Part shown: in pieces, positions 59,576 to 64,000 of the stretch
How positions within the stretch are numbered: the first letter of the stretch is position 1
How the letters are laid out: the number at the start of each line of letters is the position of its first letter
Assembly: GCA_963665665.1 (NCBI GenBank)
Contig: OY762428.1
Location: 384,001 to 448,000 of the forward strand
Length of the DNA stretch: 64,000 nucleotides
Source of the DNA: Candidatus Kapaibacterium sp.
GTDB lineage: Bacteria > Bacteroidota > Ignavibacteria > Kapaibacteriales > UBA2268
Direction of reading: 5' to 3'
The notes under the pieces: generated by a model
What the model was told of the DNA's origin: nothing
What the model saw: only the letters and a program-made list of their open reading frames with translations
The model's database searches: none
Made by a program: the position numbers and the translations under genes

Positions 59576-60530
59576 ATATACATATTTTGATAATAGTATA
59601 ATCATCGTCAATGCAATTATCAGCAGATTTATCTATCAGGAAATTATACAATTTCTTCAATTCAGATGATTCATCATCAATATTATCCTTCAGAAATTCA
59701 ATCATTTCACTAATTTCAAACATCTCACCTGATTTCTTTTCAATTTCGTATGCTCCGTCGGTGTAAATATACAGGGTCATTCCGGGATCGAGGACTTTTG
59801 ATTCGGCAACATAGCCCCAATTTGGCATTGGCCCTATCATTGCATTCTGAGATTTCAACTGAACTGATTCATGTCCGTTCAGAATTATGATGGGAGGATG
59901 GCCTGCTCCGCAATAAGAAAGTTTTCTTTTACCTTTATTGTAAACACAATACCACATCGTAAAAAACATATTATTATGATCGGACATTTGAAAAGCGTTA
60001 TTAAGCGAAAAAACAACATCTTCAGGGTCAGTAAAATCCACTCCCGGAAGGTTTTGAAATTTAATTGTATTTATTACTGATACTGAATATAAGGCCGGAC
60101 CAACACCGTGACCGCAAACATCAATAATATAGATTGCAAGGTTGTCATCATCAATCTCATGATAACCGTAAATATCACCCCCAAGTTTATCCGAAGGAAT
60201 AAATTCACCGCAAATTTTCAATTCATCGTCAAGTTTTTCAGGAAGGAGCGAGCGTATATACTCTGCTGCATGAGTAAGCTGCTCATCAATAATATCATAC
60301 TTTTCTTTCAGTTCCGCACGGGTATCAAAAAGGTCTTTCTGGGTTTTATCACTTATTACAAGTAATTTTTTCATCTGTTTGAACTGTCGCTTATATTCCC
60401 GCGCAAGAACTTCAAACTCTGAAAACATCGGATTATCTGAATTAGCCCAATCGTTGATTACGGAATCAATCCTGGATATAATTCTGTTCTCTTTTCTAAA
60501 ACTATTTTTATTATCTGAACTTTTTTCCAT
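59574..60530 (-). CDS. SpoIIE/PP2C (RsbU-like) phosphatase with N-terminal coiled coil
   Basis: GGDIY, DVCGHG, AGHPP, YTDG and DDYT metal-binding motifs intact; N-terminal YKRQFKQMKKLLVISDKTQ helix. Confidence 0.9.
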   Translation of the reverse strand: MEKSSDNKNSFRKENRIISRIDSVINDWANSDNPMFSEFEVLAREYKRQFKQMKKLLVISDKTQKDLFDTRAELKEKYDIIDEQLTHAAEYIRSLLPEKLDDELKICGEFIPSDKLGGDIYGYHEIDDDNLAIYIIDVCGHGVGPALYSVSVINTIKFQNLPGVDFTDPEDVVFSLNNAFQMSDHNNMFFTMWYCVYNKGKRKLSYCGAGHPPIIILNGHESVQLKSQNAMIGPMPNWGYVAESKVLDPGMTLYIYTDGAYEIEKKSGEMFEISEMIEFLKDNIDDESSELKKLYNFLIDKSADNCIDDDYTIIKICI

Positions 60531-60548
60531 TATTTTTCTATATCCGGA

Positions 60549-60926
60549 TTAATTCATTTCAATTATTTCAAAAGGTATATCCATATCTTCGGCAAATTCC
60601 TCACCGCTTTCGAATATACTTTCGTTACCGGATTTGTAATACCATTTTATTTGAATTTCACGCCCATTTAAAAAGCTGTCGTTCAAAATATCCATAATAT
60701 CCAAAAGTGCTTTTGATGAGGATGTATTGAAATAAACCAACTTGAAATTAAAAACAACTTTTTTCTCAGAATTTTTTAAATAATTTTCAACCCAATCAAT
60801 CACAGGATCGAAGAATTCCAAAGCATTTTCCGGATACGATGAACCTGCTAACAATAACTCGCCGGTCTCAAAGTTGAACTCAACCTCAGGCGAGGCTTTG
60901 TCTGCTTTAACAGTTAAATTTTTCAT
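60549..60926 (-). CDS. siaC: SiaC family (DUF1987) phosphoprotein
   Basis: SPEV, GSSYPEN, YFNTSS (Thr is residue 68), IKWYY and GEEF motifs. Confidence 0.9.
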   Translation of the reverse strand: MKNLTVKADKASPEVEFNFETGELLLAGSSYPENALEFFDPVIDWVENYLKNSEKKVVFNFKLVYFNTSSSKALLDIMDILNDSFLNGREIQIKWYYKSGNESIFESGEEFAEDMDIPFEIIEMN

Positions 60927-60927
60927 C

Positions 60928-61491
60928 TCATTCTCCCTTTTTTATTTTTACAGTTAATTCCATAAATGTTGTTTCGGAATCAATGTCGTCAAAAGTATAT
61001 TCAATTCCATCAGTAGATTTACGTGCAATATCGATTAGCCCGAGGCCTGCTCCCTTTGAGTCATCCTCGCGGGGCATTCGGCGCTGTGTTTTATACATTT
61101 TTTTCAATTCCAGTTCATCTGATTTGTTTATCAGCTCAAGCCTGTCTGTAATTTCCTTTATTCTGGTTTTATCAATTTTATTTCCAGCAAGAATTGAGTA
61201 ATATTCCGGCTCCTCCATGAATAAAATTATCCCGACACCAAATTCGCGTCCTTCAATTTGTTCACGTTCGGCAGAATAGTTCATAATATTCTGCGCCATT
61301 TCCACAAAAACAGAAAAACAACGCCTTATTTTATCCGGAAAATCACTCGCGTGGTTATTTATCAGGTCTCCCATTTCAATTAATATTTCCTGGGATAGCG
61401 CACCCTTAAAAAGTAGCAGGATATTAAATTTATTTATTATCCTGTTATAGAATCCGAAAAGTTCGCCCCGTTTCATATCTTTTCCTGTCAT
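60928..61491 (-). CDS. siaB: SiaB family (DUF6272) protein kinase
   Basis: FKGALSQE, FSVFVEMAQNIMNYS, GNKI, LELIN and KGAGLGLIDIARKS motifs. Confidence 0.9.
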   Translation of the reverse strand: MTGKDMKRGELFGFYNRIINKFNILLLFKGALSQEILIEMGDLINNHASDFPDKIRRCFSVFVEMAQNIMNYSAEREQIEGREFGVGIILFMEEPEYYSILAGNKIDKTRIKEITDRLELINKSDELELKKMYKTQRRMPREDDSKGAGLGLIDIARKSTDGIEYTFDDIDSETTFMELTVKIKKGE

Positions 61492-61646
61492 TTTTGCAAA
61501 TCAATTTTTTGGGATTTTAATTAAATCAAAACCCTATATATATTTACAACAATAATGATGCCAACGCTCAATATTAAAAAAAATATCTTATTAATCGAAG
61601 TCTGCATCAAAAACTATTTCCATTTTTAACCTCTGCCTGTTTACAT

Positions 61647-63668
61647 TTATTCAGCAAGAGGACATGTAAACTTAAACGACGTTCCCTGCCCTGGTTGGCT
61701 TTCAACCCATATTTTACCGCCATTCTTCTCAACAAATTCCTTGCAAAGAATTAATCCCAGTCCGGTGCCTTTCTCGTTTTCAGTCCCGGGTTTGGAATAT
61801 TGCACATCAATCCTGAATAATTTGTCAATATCTTCCGCCGCTATTCCCACGCCGGTATCATTTATTTCAATAATTATTTTATTATTTTTTACTGAGGAAT
61901 TTAAAAATATCTTACCCCCCGAAGGAGTAAATTTAATTGCGTTTGATACAAGATTTCGAATAACTGTTGTAATCATATTTGAATCAATATTGGCAAATAA
62001 TTCACTTTCAAAATCGGTAATCAGTTCAATATTTTTCGAAGCTGCCGGGCCGGTCATTAAATTTTTATTATTTTCCAACAGATAGGCAAGGTTCGTTCTA
62101 TCAGGATTGTAATCTAACCTTCCGGTTTGTGATCGCGCCCAGTTCAATAGATTTTCAAGAAGTTCGTAGAGCTGCTTGGCAGATTGATTCATCAATGTCA
62201 GGAAATCAATTTTATCTTCTTTGGAAAGATCATCAAACTCTTTTATCAGCAGTCCGGATATTTGACGAAATGAACCAAGGGGATTTTTCAGGTCGTGGGC
62301 AATGATAGAAAAGAATTTATCCTTCGTTGCATTCAACTCTTTTAACTGCCCTTCTGATCTTGATATTTCCTGATTTTTCTCAGCCAGATCTTTATTCAAT
62401 GACTCAAGTTCAAGGAGTGCATCATTGATAATTTTATTTTTTGATTCAAGAACTACAGAATGGCGTTTTTTATTCCTATAAAAAATCATGATGACAACAA
62501 GAACAACAAAAACAAGAACCAACATAGCAGCAATAAAGTATGTAATTTTCTTTTGTAATGAATTCTCCTTTTTAAGATATTCAATTTCCTTTTCCTTAAG
62601 ATCGTTTTCACGTTGAGCTTCAAGATTAGCAATCTTAGTTTTGGTTTCACTATTGAACACAGAGTCCCTCAGGTCAACCTGCTTTTCAAAATATTTAAGT
62701 GAGTTTTCGAAATCACCTTTTGCTTTATATGCTTTGGAAAGGATTAATACATCCTGGTGATTGTTATACATCTCTCCAACTTTTTCATAATACTCAAGAG
62801 CTTGCAGAAGATATTTTATAGATTTATCGAGTAGTTGGGTTTTACTGAGTTTAAGACTTTGGCTTTTACCTTTCTGAAGATTAGTAATTGAGTCAAGGGT
62901 TTGTTTGTAATAAATATTACCGAGCCTTCCGTATGTAATTCCAATACCTCTGACATCATCATCTTTTTTATAAAAATCAATGGATTTTTGAAAATATTCT
63001 TCAGCTTTAATATAATTCATTTTTTCACTGAAAATTTCACCTATATTATGCATCGAATTCGCAATACCCTGATAATCTCTAAGTTCCTCTTTCTTTTTCA
63101 TCGATCTTTGAAACATAACCAAAGCACTGTCGTATTCCTTTTCCTGCCAATAAATTGCTCCGATATTGTTTATTGCATTAGCTATCCCTCTTACATCATT
63201 GATTTTTTCTTTTCGTGCAAGAGATTTTCTGAAATAGAGCAATGCCTTATCGTAATTTTGCAATTTCCAGTATATTGTACCAATATTGTTCAAAGCACTT
63301 GAAATACCTTTCTCATCGCCAATTTCCTCTTTTATTTTTAGTGATTTAATAAAATAATCCAGGGTTCTGTCAAAATCCGATTTAGTATAATAAGACAAAC
63401 CAATATTTAGTAGAGCTTTTGCTTCCCCGGGTTTCCAGTTCAAATCCCTCGCAAGTTTTAAAGCCTTATTTCCATATACAATACCCTTACCCGGATCCGT
63501 AGAATAATAGTGATAAGTTAATTGAACAAGTAGTGTAACTTTATTGGTATCTTCTTTCATTTTTGGCAATTCCAATAGCAGGGAATCAATCAATTCCTGG
63601 CCATGTTTTCTTGCCATTGTAGGAGTAAAAAGAACAAATATCAGTAAAAGAGTGAAAAACCTTCTCAT
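61647..63668 (-). CDS. TPR-repeat sensor histidine kinase
   Basis: Signal peptide; TPR units (ALNNIG, AINNIG, SMHNIG); TM helix; AHDLKNP, RNLVSNAIK and GTGLGL boxes. Confidence 0.92.
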   Translation of the reverse strand: MRRFFTLLLIFVLFTPTMARKHGQELIDSLLLELPKMKEDTNKVTLLVQLTYHYYSTDPGKGIVYGNKALKLARDLNWKPGEAKALLNIGLSYYTKSDFDRTLDYFIKSLKIKEEIGDEKGISSALNNIGTIYWKLQNYDKALLYFRKSLARKEKINDVRGIANAINNIGAIYWQEKEYDSALVMFQRSMKKKEELRDYQGIANSMHNIGEIFSEKMNYIKAEEYFQKSIDFYKKDDDVRGIGITYGRLGNIYYKQTLDSITNLQKGKSQSLKLSKTQLLDKSIKYLLQALEYYEKVGEMYNNHQDVLILSKAYKAKGDFENSLKYFEKQVDLRDSVFNSETKTKIANLEAQRENDLKEKEIEYLKKENSLQKKITYFIAAMLVLVFVVLVVIMIFYRNKKRHSVVLESKNKIINDALLELESLNKDLAEKNQEISRSEGQLKELNATKDKFFSIIAHDLKNPLGSFRQISGLLIKEFDDLSKEDKIDFLTLMNQSAKQLYELLENLLNWARSQTGRLDYNPDRTNLAYLLENNKNLMTGPAASKNIELITDFESELFANIDSNMITTVIRNLVSNAIKFTPSGGKIFLNSSVKNNKIIIEINDTGVGIAAEDIDKLFRIDVQYSKPGTENEKGTGLGLILCKEFVEKNGGKIWVESQPGQGTSFKFTCPLAE

Positions 63669-63675
63669 TTAGCCC

Positions 63676-64000
63676 TCATATTTTTAAACCCATTACAGTT
63701 ATATCATCCCTGAACGGGATACCATTGGAGAATTTATTCAATTCCTCTGATAATATAATTCTTTTTTCATTAAAATCTATATCTCTTTCGAGTAATTCTT
63801 TTAATTTTTCTTTACCAAAGAATTCATCTTTTTCATTATTCTGATCTAATATCCCGTCGGAGAACATGAAAAGCCTTGTTTCGCTTTTTAATTCCAACGT
63901 TTGCTGTGTAAAAATTCTTTCTTTCCTTACCCTACCTCCAATACCAAATTTGTCACCCTTTATCTCTTCAATTTTCCCGTTCGTTGAATACCAAAGCGGA
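63676..64000 (-). CDS. C-terminal part of a SpoIIE/PP2C phosphatase (SiaA-like), runs off the right edge
   Basis: Frame is open to the window edge: PLWYSTNGKIEEIKGDKFGIGG...FTQQTLEL...MFSDGILDQ...FGKEKL...RDDITVMGLKI. Confidence 0.85.
   Translation of the reverse strand, partial: PLWYSTNGKIEEIKGDKFGIGGRVRKERIFTQQTLELKSETRLFMFSDGILDQNNEKDEFFGKEKLKELLERDIDFNEKRIILSEELNKFSNGIPFRDDITVMGLKI

Overview
AT-rich bacterial chromosomal segment, most likely from the FCB group (Kapabacteria/Ignavibacteria-like). This is inferred from T9SS PorQ, four proteins with T9SS C-terminal domains, recurring TAnnTTTG promoter motifs and TPR-histidine kinases. Housekeeping genes: ftcD (partial), PTS IIA, a mannose-1-P guanylyltransferase/phosphomutase fusion, hppA, hbd, OPT, pepT, parAB, lpxB/lpxK, dnaE, nadAC, CCA-adding enzyme, tRNA-Leu(CAG), ruvX and ispF. 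Accessory genes: an Rpn/PD-(D/E)XK nuclease with an EEGR tandem repeat, large secreted VWA/Ig-like/LamG proteins, hicBA and orphan kinases. Best candidates for novelty: (1) a SiaA/B/C-type partner-switching locus at the right end, in which the SiaD slot holds a SiaD-like coiled coil fused to a second PP2C phosphatase rather than a diguanylate cyclase, with a TPR-histidine kinase inserted; (2) an RNase II/R RNB nuclease that lacks cold-shock/S1 domains and carries three dsRNA-binding domains, next to a tRNA. Also seen: a probable CTG-initiated kinase, a lipoprotein-type AmmeMemo fusion, a possible Na+ riboswitch-like leader on hppA and a nested REP-like element. No CRISPR array, rRNA, integrase or IS transposase was recognised. 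All family calls come from motif recognition, without database searches.
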